Translations under genes and position numbers: made by a program
Virus record (IMG/VR): IMGVR_UViG_3300023239_000006
Coordinates: 1 to 64,000 of that record
DNA from: an uncultured virus (IMG/VR IMGVR_UViG_3300023239_000006)
Taxonomy: Duplodnaviria; Heunggongvirae; Uroviricota; Caudoviricetes
Reading direction: 5' to 3' (one strand)
DNA: 64,000 nt
The notes under the pieces: generated by a model
Database searches by the model: none
Told to the model about the DNA's origin: nothing
Seen by the model: the letters and a program-made list of their open reading frames with translations, nothing else
Shown: piece after piece, positions 9,658 to 18,599 of the stretch
Position numbering within the stretch: position 1 is the stretch's first letter
Layout of the letters: every line of letters starts with the position of its first letter

Positions 9658-10134
9658 TTAGTCCTTTTGACCCAAACTCTTGAGCAATGCATTACGGTCT
9701 GTGATTATATAACCTGAACCTTTTAGCACATCGTTAGGGTCTTCTGGTGAATCTTTATCCATTTTTAGTTTCTTTAACTGTAGATCAATAGCTTTGAGCT
9801 TTTTATCTACTTTGTTAGTCTTTGCGGTGATAGCATGTCCTAGCATACTGCTAGCAACTTCAAATATTCTGCTAGAATATCGTACTTCTACGTTCATACC
9901 TAGATCCATTAGTTCGTCATAGGCTTTTTCTGCTTTTGCTGCTAGATCGTCAAGTTCGTCGTCGCCTAAGTCGTCCAACTCTGTAATCTGCGGTAATGTT
10001 CGAGTGATCTCTGCTACTGCGTTGTAACTATCAGTTATGCTTTTAACTTGAGAATGGGTAGGAGGTTCAATAACTGGCTTAGCTTCTGGCTCTGCTGAGT
10101 CTAGGTTGAACAATTCTTCTAACTTTTTGGTCAT
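9658..10134 (-). CDS. Probable terminase small subunit (gp16-like)
   Basis: 158 aa helical protein with RIFEVASSML motif; position near terL and gp4. Confidence 0.55.
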   Translation of the reverse strand: MTKKLEELFNLDSAEPEAKPVIEPPTHSQVKSITDSYNAVAEITRTLPQITELDDLGDDELDDLAAKAEKAYDELMDLGMNVEVRYSSRIFEVASSMLGHAITAKTNKVDKKLKAIDLQLKKLKMDKDSPEDPNDVLKGSGYIITDRNALLKSLGQKD

Positions 10135-10142
10135 ATAATTAC

Positions 10143-10583
10143 TTATCTACGTTTACTGCCTTGGTGGAAAATATCGCCTTCATTTACTATTCGAAATTTG
10201 ATACCTTGCTGTTTGCACCATGCAGTAGCAGCTTCCCATTTGGCTACATTCTTAACATACTGTTGCTGATTGTATTGACTCTTTCCTACTTTATCTATAA
10301 ATGTTTGACTAGACGGCTTTACTTCTATTAGCTCTGCATGTTTCGCGCCGTTTTTATCGTTGTACACTACAAAGAAATCAGGAACATAAATGGTATATTT
10401 GCCAGTGAGCGGATCCCTATACGGTATTTGTACGCTTTCGCTTGCCCACTTCTCAACGCTAGGATGTTCGTCTAGCATTTTCATAAAGATAAATTCCCAA
10501 GAGCTGCGAGACATAGGAGTTTTCTTCCCAACATACTTTTCGGGATTTTTTACTTCATATCTACCTTGTGCAAACTTTGCCAT
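10143..10583 (-). CDS. 4: Head completion nuclease (T4 gp4-like, TnsA/PD-(D/E)xK fold)
   Basis: RSSWE, WASE..IPY, YVPDF, IEVKP, AKWEAA motifs. Confidence 0.88.
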   Translation of the reverse strand: MAKFAQGRYEVKNPEKYVGKKTPMSRSSWEFIFMKMLDEHPSVEKWASESVQIPYRDPLTGKYTIYVPDFFVVYNDKNGAKHAELIEVKPSSQTFIDKVGKSQYNQQQYVKNVAKWEAATAWCKQQGIKFRIVNEGDIFHQGSKRR

Positions 10584-10951
10584 TATGCTGCAATATTCCT
10601 AATTTGAGTTGGTTTTACATCAGCAGTTCTAAATCCTAGTGTACTACTAGGAGTTCTATTATTATTAAGAACTTCTCCGACTACTTGACTTAACCCTAGA
10701 TTATCAAACCCAGTTAGGCTGTCTAATATTTGAAATATAGGAGTACCGTCTAACTTTGCCTGTTTTAATAAAACAGTTGATACTGTTTGTGCTGCATCTA
10801 ATTCGAATCCTTTTGATCTAAAGAATGCAATAGTTGCATTGACATCATCAGCATTAAATTCTAAAGGTGCTTGCCCATAACTATCAAAGAATAGTTTTGT
10901 TCCTGCTGCACTATCCTGTTTAATTTGTGCGGGGAGATTAGTAGTTGCCAT
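10583..10951 (-). CDS. Hypothetical protein
   Basis: 122-aa ORF coupled within a late operon. Confidence 0.7.
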   Translation of the reverse strand: MATTNLPAQIKQDSAAGTKLFFDSYGQAPLEFNADDVNATIAFFRSKGFELDAAQTVSTVLLKQAKLDGTPIFQILDSLTGFDNLGLSQVVGEVLNNNRTPSSTLGFRTADVKPTQIRNIAA

Positions 10952-10952
10952 A

Positions 10953-12029
10953 TTACGGTGCTAGGTTCTTTGGTGAAGCAGTAGTTGTTTCTGTGTTGCT
11001 GGAGCTTTTAGGAAATATTGTTCCTACAAGGCCGCCTACGGTGCTTACTGCGGTTGCAATATTTGCTGGGTTGCTTAAAACATTTATTGCTTCTCTCTTA
11101 AGACTATCTTTTGAAAGTTCTTTAAAATTCTTGTAGGTGTTGACCGTTTTAATAGCACTCCCTAAGAATCCCCCAAAACTGTCAAAAGTATTACCATTAG
11201 CTAAATCGCCAAATATACTTTCTAATCCATCAAGGACTCCGCCGTCACCTGTTAAGTTGCTTACGCCGCCGCCTGCTACACTTAATGGACTTGGTACAGT
11301 ATCATAGTGCAGTGTGGCAAATCCTTTTGGACTATCATATCCTACATTACCCGCACTATACTTTACCGCTTCATATTCTAAAGTCATTTGACTTTCTAGT
11401 ACTTCACTACCTGCTGCATAATCTAATGATCCGTGATTCCAGTTAGTAATTTTTGGATTAATTAACGTGTATCCGGTAAAGCGTCTGCGCGCCATAGTGT
11501 ATATGCTAATGCTTTTAAAGAAAGGAACAGAAATATTATTATCCATACCGTATCTAAAATTATCTAGTGGTGTCTTTGTAGGCCTGAATTTATTTTCGTT
11601 ATACGCAGAAGTTGGCAAGTGTCTATCAGCAACATAGTATCCGTAGTATATTGCCCATAATGCATTAGTTACACCTGCTGCATCATCGTGCATGGTAATT
11701 GATATAGGTTCGTAGTTGATGTTTTTGTAAACAATCTTTTTTCTATTATATTGATTTTTTGTAAGAGTATCAAATTTAAATTTAGGAAGTTCTGTAGTTT
11801 TAACCAGCATACCAACTTCTTGAGAATGTTTAGCTGTAAATGCTGCTGCTGCGTGGGCAGTTGGATCAATCTCAAATCGCACATAGTAATTAAACTTTGT
11901 ACGAGGAGCTAATCTCATAGTATCGTCTATGAATAGACGCGTGGCATGCTGCCAGTTAGAAACTATTCCCTTAGGAGTAGTTAACCCTGTGCCTACGCCA
12001 TTTAGAAAACGAGTAAAGTAGTTTGCCAT
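10953..12029 (-). CDS. Tail-tube-like baseplate protein (gp54/gp48-like tube initiator)
   Basis: Tube-fold motifs (ELPKF, YEPISITMHDD, MTLEYE); adjacent to tail tube. Confidence 0.6.
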   Translation of the reverse strand: MANYFTRFLNGVGTGLTTPKGIVSNWQHATRLFIDDTMRLAPRTKFNYYVRFEIDPTAHAAAAFTAKHSQEVGMLVKTTELPKFKFDTLTKNQYNRKKIVYKNINYEPISITMHDDAAGVTNALWAIYYGYYVADRHLPTSAYNENKFRPTKTPLDNFRYGMDNNISVPFFKSISIYTMARRRFTGYTLINPKITNWNHGSLDYAAGSEVLESQMTLEYEAVKYSAGNVGYDSPKGFATLHYDTVPSPLSVAGGGVSNLTGDGGVLDGLESIFGDLANGNTFDSFGGFLGSAIKTVNTYKNFKELSKDSLKREAINVLSNPANIATAVSTVGGLVGTIFPKSSSNTETTTASPKNLAP

Positions 12030-12046
12030 AATAATATTTATGCCGT

Positions 12047-12078
12047 AAAAAAAGCCCGGAATGCGTCCGAGCTTTTTC
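12047..12078 (-). terminator. Intrinsic terminator after tail tube
   Basis: aaaaagc-c-cgga/tccg-a-gcttttt imperfect hairpin with T-run. Confidence 0.65.
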
Positions 12079-12092
12079 TAGTACTGCGTAGA

Positions 12093-12731
12093 TTAGACTG
12101 GTGTACCTGCTCCAGTAACTGCCTCGCCAAGTGTACGACCAACTGCTGCACCGATACCAGATCCAACACTGGATGCTCCTGCACCCCATTGTTCCATGTT
12201 ATCAAAGCGGATTGTTAGTGCCACAGTAGCTGCTTCGTTAGTAGCGTAATTCATATCGCCGTAGTCTGCATTCATTAAGATGCAACCATACATGTTCATA
12301 GTTTCTAGAACGTTTGATACGTAGTTACCGTTACCGCCGTCTAGTACTTCAACACGAGTTGTGAACTTATAGTCAATACCTGAACGTGCAGATGATTGTT
12401 CCATAAAGTCAAACTGTTTCTGAATTTGCTGACCAACTAACTTTTGAACTTCACCACTAGCATCATCACGTAATGTTAATGATAATGTTTCAAAGCTAGG
12501 CTTACCAGCAAGGTAAACCTTGCTGTTGTAAACGTCTAACATAATCTCTTCAAAGTTTACCTTTGGACGAGTAACGTCTTGTACTTGCTTGGTTAGCTCA
12601 GTGGCTGCTGCAACACCAAAACCTAAGAGAGTCACTCTAAAGCGATACTTCAGTTTTGGCATCAATAGTACTTGCGTACTGCCGGCGCCTCCTGTCGGGA
12701 TACCAAAATTATTTAATGATGTAATAGCCAT
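12093..12731 (-). CDS. 19: Tail tube protein
   Basis: Directly downstream of sheath; RFRV, RPKVNFEE, YLAGK, LTIRFD motifs. Confidence 0.85.
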   Translation of the reverse strand: MAITSLNNFGIPTGGAGSTQVLLMPKLKYRFRVTLLGFGVAAATELTKQVQDVTRPKVNFEEIMLDVYNSKVYLAGKPSFETLSLTLRDDASGEVQKLVGQQIQKQFDFMEQSSARSGIDYKFTTRVEVLDGGNGNYVSNVLETMNMYGCILMNADYGDMNYATNEAATVALTIRFDNMEQWGAGASSVGSGIGAAVGRTLGEAVTGAGTPV

Positions 12732-12733
12732 TT

Positions 12734-15700
12734 TTAAATCTCTCCTGTGTTCTTGACACGCAATGGAATGTAAATGAACTCAACTGCCTTGACGGGTTCG
12801 ATAGCGATATCTACCCAAAGCTCGTTGCGATCAATTCTTGCCGCTGTGTTATTTGACTCGTCACACACTACAGCAAAGTCATACAATGCACGTAAGCCTA
12901 CCAATTCTAACAATAGACTTTCACATGCTTGTTTAACTTCATCTCTAGTAATCTTATCATTTGGTTCAAAGATAAACGGACGAGCTAATTTGTTTAACTG
13001 ACTACGTAAGTATACTGTTAAACGTGCTACGTTGATACGATCTAATGCTGATGCGTTTCTTGCACGAGTCTTCTGACCATAGTTAACTAGTCCAACACCA
13101 TTAAAGAATGTAATTGGGTTAATTTTTAAGTCATATAACGTATCACGTTGACCTTCATTCAGTGCAACAGTTTGGAATTCACCGCTTGCTGCATCAATGT
13201 AACCAACGGCTGTAGCGTTAGTAATGCCACCGCGTCTTGTACCTGCTGGAGCAAACCATGGGTAAGAAACGTTGTCGCTTAGTGCAATAGTCTTAAGCAT
13301 CATGTGTGAGCTAGGAACAACTGCATTGGCGCCGCTTAGGTCTGTGGTAAATCCACTTGGGTAGAACGTAGCCAAGTATTCGTCGTAAGTAACAAGCCCT
13401 TTATCGCCGTTATCAGTAACTAGCTCTGCATTTGAACCCCAGTTAGTTAATGTTGTAGCATCGCTAGCTAAACGTAGTGGAGTGTCACCAACTACAAACG
13501 CTGTAATTCCACGATCGATATTCAAGTTAACTAGATTGCTCATTAGCTCAGGATATCCTGGGCAAGAAATAATGTTAAAGTTACGTCTTTCTTCGTCACG
13601 GATCTCGCTGCTTGTATCAACTGCACTCTTAAGCGCAGCAACTACAACACCACGTTGTGCATGACGTAGGAATGATCCAGAACCGTCTTCATTATTTGGG
13701 CTAGCTGTAACCCAACGATCAGTTGCATAGTCTGCCATAGATTCGTTGTTGTTAAAACGTACATTATCACTTGCTGTATTCACGTAGTTGTTTTGGTAAC
13801 GCTTAACGTTGCCGCCACTTCTGCGCAAGTTCCACAGCAACATGCCTCTTGGATATAGATCTGGATCTGGAGCATCAAAGTCTAAGAAGTTACTGTTAGC
13901 TAGATCGCTAATAGAAGCTGCAATAGTTTCTTCGCCGTTCAAGTCATAACGTGCATCGGCAAACAAGATACCTTCTTCAGTTTGTTGATCAGTCTTGTCA
14001 ACTAATTCCCAACGATTCTTTCCGTCGGCAATATCAGTTCTTGCTGAATTGTAACGGTAAATTGTTGGATAATTTTCTAAGTCGGCTGTGCTAATCCACA
14101 AGTCGCCTGTTAGTGTTCCGGCTATCCAAGGATTGCTTGCTGATACCACTGGAGTGTATCCAATACGTGTTGTATCTACGCTATTAAAATCTGATGCAGC
14201 GTTTCTGTAACCAACCCAAGTTGTACCATCATGTATCATAATGTCAACATCGCCAACACTAGAGCTGTACCATAATTGTCCATCATCTGCTTCGTTTAGA
14301 GGAGCGCTAGCAGATGCACTAAAGGCAGTAGTTGTAAATGGTGCCCAGGCTGAGACAACATAGTCATCACTTGAACCTGCAGGCGCAGCATATACATTTA
14401 GTGCGCTGGCAAACAAGTTACCAAATACACTGTCAGTGTCGACAATTCTAAAGTCGCCTCCTAACTTGTGGTAAATGCTCAATACGTTAGTTGCATTAGT
14501 AGGCGCGGTACTTGCTGCTACTGATTCTGCTTCAATGTTTGCAAATCCTGCTGCGTTAATTGCTTGAGCAATTAGTTCAGCATCGTCCATGTCGTTGGTA
14601 GCAGTGAATGAAATAGTCTTTGCTGTACCTAATGCAATAACACCCTTAACACTTTCTGCAATTGTGAATGACTTTGGACCAGTAGATGCAACTGATCCTA
14701 CTGTTATGCTAGTAGCAATTGTTGTGTATTGTCCGGCCGCAACAGACCGTCTCCACATTCTAAATGTAACACTATCAGGCACTATGTCATTGAACGAGCC
14801 TTCTTGGCTGTTTGTTTGAACCATTAATGCGTTAGCACTAATGTTGATTCCGCCGCCGCTGCGGTCTAAGTAATACAATGCTGCATTTGTAGTAGCATAG
14901 ATAGGAGCTTCGCTTGCTACCCAAGTAGCAGTCGCTGAATTCCATTGCTTAACTCTCCAACGTGCGCCATTGTTTGGCTCAGTTGTCTTTAACCATACTG
15001 AACCTGTTGGGCGTGCAGTTGCATCGTTGCTCTTCCATGTTGGAACTTGCGTATGTGGAGTTTGCTGTAGACCTGGAGCATAAAATGTGCCAGCAACTAA
15101 ACCTAATAAGGATAGTGTAGTAGTGCCTGCACCAATGGTAATTGTTGTTGACAGACTAGAATCAACAGTAGCTGGTTGATCGTTAGTACCGGAAGTATAA
15201 AGATAAATTTCGCCGCCAACTGCTCTAGCAAATACGCCTCTTGCTTCTTCAGCATCAACAATAGTTAATCCATTAATAAGTGCAACTGTTGCTGCAACAG
15301 TTTCGCCACCGGTCAATGTAATAGTTGTTCCGTTAATTGTAAAGTTGCCTGCTATAGGAGTACTAAAGCCAGAGCCAGTTACAGTTGCGTGGCTTAATGC
15401 CCACTCTGTAGAACCAACTAGCGCCCATGCACCTGCAACAACACCAGCGACTGGTAGTCCAGCGCTCTTGAAATAAATTTTAGCTTCTTCGCTACCTGCG
15501 CCGCTTCCTTGCACTGTTTGGAACACAACACAGTAGTCACCGATAGAGCCAATAGATGCTTTTGGAACACCGCCTGATTCAATTTTAGAACTGTCGTCGT
15601 CTGTTAGTACTATTGGAGTTTTTGCTGCAAACTTCTGTCCACCGGTAGTGCTAACATCTGCACTGTTCCACTCTTGGATGCCCCAAGTAGTCGCTTGCGT

Positions 15701-16114
15701 ATCAACCCACCATTTGCCGTTATTCGGGGCCGCTCCCGGAGCAGTTGCTTGGGCTTCTAACTCTGATAGATCAACATCAGCACGTACAATAAATGCTGCG
15801 TTGCTGACTCCTAGCAAGCTGTAAGCTGCTAGCAGACCGTATTCGTTTCTTTCACCGCCGTGTACTGGACTTGAAGAAGCAGTCTTCTCAAAGAATGGTA
15901 CTCCAAACAGATCAGTAAGATCGCGTTGGCTAGTTAGTTTAAATGCCTTGCCGGCATTTGCTTTTGTTGTGGATGAGGCAACCGCTGTCCCTGATCCGTT
16001 CGTTTTGTCTTGCGCTGTAGCTACTACGATAAGAGGAGTAGTACCAGGCTCTGCTGGTGTGTAAAAACTCTCGTCGATAACTGTAACTTGTACGCCTGGT
16101 GATTGTAGTGCCAT
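12734..16114 (-). CDS. 18: Tail sheath protein with large internal insertion
   Basis: N-terminal SPGVQVTVIDES; C-terminal PWFAPAG..RG, INPI, RINVARL, FEPND, AVEFIYI. Confidence 0.95.
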   Translation of the reverse strand: MALQSPGVQVTVIDESFYTPAEPGTTPLIVVATAQDKTNGSGTAVASSTTKANAGKAFKLTSQRDLTDLFGVPFFEKTASSSPVHGGERNEYGLLAAYSLLGVSNAAFIVRADVDLSELEAQATAPGAAPNNGKWWVDTQATTWGIQEWNSADVSTTGGQKFAAKTPIVLTDDDSSKIESGGVPKASIGSIGDYCVVFQTVQGSGAGSEEAKIYFKSAGLPVAGVVAGAWALVGSTEWALSHATVTGSGFSTPIAGNFTINGTTITLTGGETVAATVALINGLTIVDAEEARGVFARAVGGEIYLYTSGTNDQPATVDSSLSTTITIGAGTTTLSLLGLVAGTFYAPGLQQTPHTQVPTWKSNDATARPTGSVWLKTTEPNNGARWRVKQWNSATATWVASEAPIYATTNAALYYLDRSGGGINISANALMVQTNSQEGSFNDIVPDSVTFRMWRRSVAAGQYTTIATSITVGSVASTGPKSFTIAESVKGVIALGTAKTISFTATNDMDDAELIAQAINAAGFANIEAESVAASTAPTNATNVLSIYHKLGGDFRIVDTDSVFGNLFASALNVYAAPAGSSDDYVVSAWAPFTTTAFSASASAPLNEADDGQLWYSSSVGDVDIMIHDGTTWVGYRNAASDFNSVDTTRIGYTPVVSASNPWIAGTLTGDLWISTADLENYPTIYRYNSARTDIADGKNRWELVDKTDQQTEEGILFADARYDLNGEETIAASISDLANSNFLDFDAPDPDLYPRGMLLWNLRRSGGNVKRYQNNYVNTASDNVRFNNNESMADYATDRWVTASPNNEDGSGSFLRHAQRGVVVAALKSAVDTSSEIRDEERRNFNIISCPGYPELMSNLVNLNIDRGITAFVVGDTPLRLASDATTLTNWGSNAELVTDNGDKGLVTYDEYLATFYPSGFTTDLSGANAVVPSSHMMLKTIALSDNVSYPWFAPAGTRRGGITNATAVGYIDAASGEFQTVALNEGQRDTLYDLKINPITFFNGVGLVNYGQKTRARNASALDRINVARLTVYLRSQLNKLARPFIFEPNDKITRDEVKQACESLLLELVGLRALYDFAVVCDESNNTAARIDRNELWVDIAIEPVKAVEFIYIPLRVKNTGEI

Positions 16115-16220
16115 ATTCCCTATTCTCCTGGTAATAGTTTACTCAAAGTATTTACCTGAATGCAGGAAAAATAGTCCGTTATAACCCCTGAAAAAGGGGC
16201 AGAAAAGGCTAAGTATTTTT

Positions 16221-16556
16221 ATGAGACCACTTTGCAAGTGCGGATACCGCCCTAAAGCAGTAAATTACAAGAAAAATGACAGAGTATACTACCGAAGTCT
16301 CTGTGAAATCTGCATGTCCAACGGAATTGGTCATGGAATACCCCGCTGGGTTAGAGCAGGGTATCAGATAAAGTTACAATGCGATAAGTGCGGGTTTCGA
16401 TCACCGCATAAAGAAGTGTTTAGAGTATTTCACGTAGACGGTAATTTAAACAACTGCCGTCCTAACAATCTAAAAACTGTTTGCTGTAACTGTGCTCAAG
16501 TACTAGGCAAAGAAGGAATTGCCTGGAAGCAGGGTGACCTCATCGCTGACTATTGA
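16221..16556 (+). CDS. Small Cys-rich HNH-like protein
   Basis: CxxC pairs and FHVDGNLNNC..NNLKTVCCNC; TAAGTA box 5 nt upstream. Confidence 0.7.
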   Translation: MRPLCKCGYRPKAVNYKKNDRVYYRSLCEICMSNGIGHGIPRWVRAGYQIKLQCDKCGFRSPHKEVFRVFHVDGNLNNCRPNNLKTVCCNCAQVLGKEGIAWKQGDLIADY

Positions 16557-17159
16557 AGCGGCCTGCTTGTACAATGCGTCAATAGTATGATTGTTGTCTA
16601 GAACAGCGTCAAAGTCTGTGCCCACCCATGCTGTTTCACTAGCATGAATTTTTCGCATCTTTAATTCTTGAATTGCATAATTGCGGCCTGTGTTTGCGTC
16701 GAGAGCCACTTGATACCAATCAGGTAATTCTCCACGTTGTACCCAGACAATCTTACCACCTGCATTTCGAATACTTTGAATTTCATTAGGAAATCTACAA
16801 TCACTAATTACTACATTATCTTTACTTAGACGGAGTTTGTTTTCCAAGCTAGCGATCCAGATATCGTCATGGAATGTTTTGCGGCATACTTCTGTACCCC
16901 AATATTGGAGAACCCAACGAGGAGTTAGTGTAGGCATTGCTAGGCGAGTTGCCCACCACGGATCTACTTGTTCTCGCCATTCGCGAGCTTCCTTAGTACG
17001 ACCTTCTAGCATAGTTCGGTCCCAACCAAATACTGCTGCCACTGCATCTTTAAGAGTTGATGCAAAGCTCTCTCTACGATACCGATGAAAATTTACGAGA
17101 TAATCCGCAACAGTATCTTTGCCGCTGCCTATAAATCCCACTACCCCAATTATAGCCAT
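16503..17159 (-). CDS. 1: Deoxynucleoside monophosphate kinase (T4 gp1-like)
   Basis: GFIGSGKDT P-loop, TPRWVLQYWGTE, ISDCRFPNE, HASE. Confidence 0.92.
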   Translation of the reverse strand: MAIIGVVGFIGSGKDTVADYLVNFHRYRRESFASTLKDAVAAVFGWDRTMLEGRTKEAREWREQVDPWWATRLAMPTLTPRWVLQYWGTEVCRKTFHDDIWIASLENKLRLSKDNVVISDCRFPNEIQSIRNAGGKIVWVQRGELPDWYQVALDANTGRNYAIQELKMRKIHASETAWVGTDFDAVLDNNHTIDALYKQAASIVSDEVTLLPGNSFFA

Positions 17160-17178
17160 AAGTTTTTTCCTTTTTCAT

Positions 17179-17207
17179 ATTATATTACACTTTTATATAC
17201 TTGTCAA
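17179..17207 (-). promoter_or_regulatory. Consensus sigma70 promoter for dNMP kinase (probable replacement promoter)
   Basis: TTGACA (17202-17207)-17 nt-TATAAT (17179-17184). Confidence 0.85.
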
Positions 17208-17229
17208 CCATAATTATAAATACAAAGTC

Positions 17230-17355
17230 ATGAAAGATTACCAATCTCAAGCATTTGTTTATAAATGGAAGCATATACCAACTAGTATGTGGTATATCGG
17301 ATCACGAACTGCAAAAAATTGTCATCTTAACGATGGATTGCTAACAGCAGTATAG
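17230..17355 (+). pseudogene. Truncated GIY-YIG homing endonuclease
   Basis: MKDYQSQAFVYKWKHIPTSMWYIGSRTAKNCHLNDG carries FVY...YIG then stops after 41 aa; TATAAATA at 17215-17222. Confidence 0.75.
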
Positions 17356-17426
17356 ATGTCAGCGCTGTTAATCAGCGTTCTACCAGTTGTGGGCCTTTCT
17401 AAGAACCCGCATACACCTATAATCAT
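17322..17426 (-). pseudogene. Orphan original 5' end of dNMP kinase fused to unrelated sequence
   Basis: MIIGVCGF(LERPTTG...) parallels the kinase start MAIIGVVGFIGSGK; has SD TAGGAG and its own promoter. Confidence 0.7.
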
Positions 17427-17445
17427 AACTATCTCCTATACGACA

Positions 17446-17474
17446 ATTATACTATAATAATGATATAGGGTCAA
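17446..17474 (-). promoter_or_regulatory. Sigma70 promoter in front of the kinase stub
   Basis: TTGACC (17469-17474)-17 nt-TATAAT (17446-17451). Confidence 0.75.
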
Positions 17475-17475
17475 C

Positions 17476-17814
17476 CTATCTATAAGGTTTTGGTTGTTTT
17501 GGTTTGTTAGTGTTCAATCTATTAGCTAATACACTTGCAGTATTGATAGATTTAGTTCTTTGAGTTCTTCTAGCTGCTTGAGGAGCAGTACGTGCTCTAG
17601 TAGTTTTCATCTTCTGGGCCTGTGCCATATCCATAGGCTGGTGGCATTTTGATGGATGACTAACTTGTCGGCTCTTCCTTGGTCCTGATGAACAACGGAA
17701 TTTTAATTTAGTTGTGCCGCCACGAGCAGTGTGCTTGCCAACACCCCAAACCATTTTAGCAGTTTCAGTATATAACTCTTCGTCATCTTCAAAAATAAAT
17801 TCATTAGCTTTCAT
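17476..17814 (-). CDS. Hypothetical basic protein, possible internal head protein
   Basis: Start moved to 17814 (TAATG overlap with the gp13 stop); MKANEFIFE N-terminus; Lys/Arg-rich. Confidence 0.65.
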   Translation of the reverse strand: MKANEFIFEDDEELYTETAKMVWGVGKHTARGGTTKLKFRCSSGPRKSRQVSHPSKCHQPMDMAQAQKMKTTRARTAPQAARRTQRTKSINTASVLANRLNTNKPKQPKPYR

Positions 17815-18569
17815 TATCCGATCACCCATCCCCAACCTTGTGTAGTAATACCAGTCTTAAGGTCTTCACTTAGTCTATCCATATCAGATTGTCCTTCAGC
17901 TTTCATTGCTGCCCCGTTAAGCGCTGTGCCGCCCTGCGGACCTGCAATGCTGGCAAACTTTTCACGGGCTTGACCAAGCATCATTTTGCAATTAGCAAGG
18001 GTGTAATCTTTAATCCATTGTCCTGCATACGTATCTTCGATAATTGCGTGATCAGGTTTGACGTTATAAACCAACAACATAACTGACTCTTGAGTGCGAG
18101 GACGTTGATGAATTGTTAGTTTACGGTTTTGTGGATTCCAATTAAAGTTAATAAAAGATCCAAACATCTTACCAACCATTTCTTGATAGCCTGCAAACAG
18201 TTCGTATGTTGCTAGCCCACCCATGTTTGTTGATGATAACAAATAGGTATTTGTGTAGGCTAAGTTAAACGGTTCAAATACGGTACCGCCGCTTCCTCCG
18301 CCTGTGCGCGAACCAATAGTTCTACGATAAATCTGTCGGACAACCTGTATTTCTTTTGGCAAAATATACTCGTTTTGATCTTCTTCAAGATTCAAAAAGA
18401 TGTAACTTTCTTCAACAGCATTATCTGCACGTTGTCGAAATACTGCTAAACTGCGTGTTAGCGCAGTTTCGTAATGGATAGGATCTAGCTCTATATCAAT
18501 CATGCCGTCACCCAGCATGGCTTTACAGTAGTCGTAAACGCTTTGTTTGGTAATATCTATTTGGCTCAT
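17814..18569 (-). CDS. 13: Neck protein (gp13-like)
   Basis: LG...IDIEL N-terminus, WIKDY.LA..K..LG..REKF..I.GP.GG..LNG. Confidence 0.8.
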   Translation of the reverse strand: MSQIDITKQSVYDYCKAMLGDGMIDIELDPIHYETALTRSLAVFRQRADNAVEESYIFLNLEEDQNEYILPKEIQVVRQIYRRTIGSRTGGGSGGTVFEPFNLAYTNTYLLSSTNMGGLATYELFAGYQEMVGKMFGSFINFNWNPQNRKLTIHQRPRTQESVMLLVYNVKPDHAIIEDTYAGQWIKDYTLANCKMMLGQAREKFASIAGPQGGTALNGAAMKAEGQSDMDRLSEDLKTGITTQGWGWVIG

Positions 18570-18574
18570 ACAAG

Positions 18575-18595
18575 TATTTATCGTTACGGTAAATA
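18575..18595. promoter_or_regulatory. Back-to-back late promoters for the divergent neck genes
   Basis: TAAATA on minus at 18575-18580 and on plus at 18590-18595, each 4-5 nt from an ATG. Confidence 0.7.
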
Positions 18596-18599
18596 TAGT

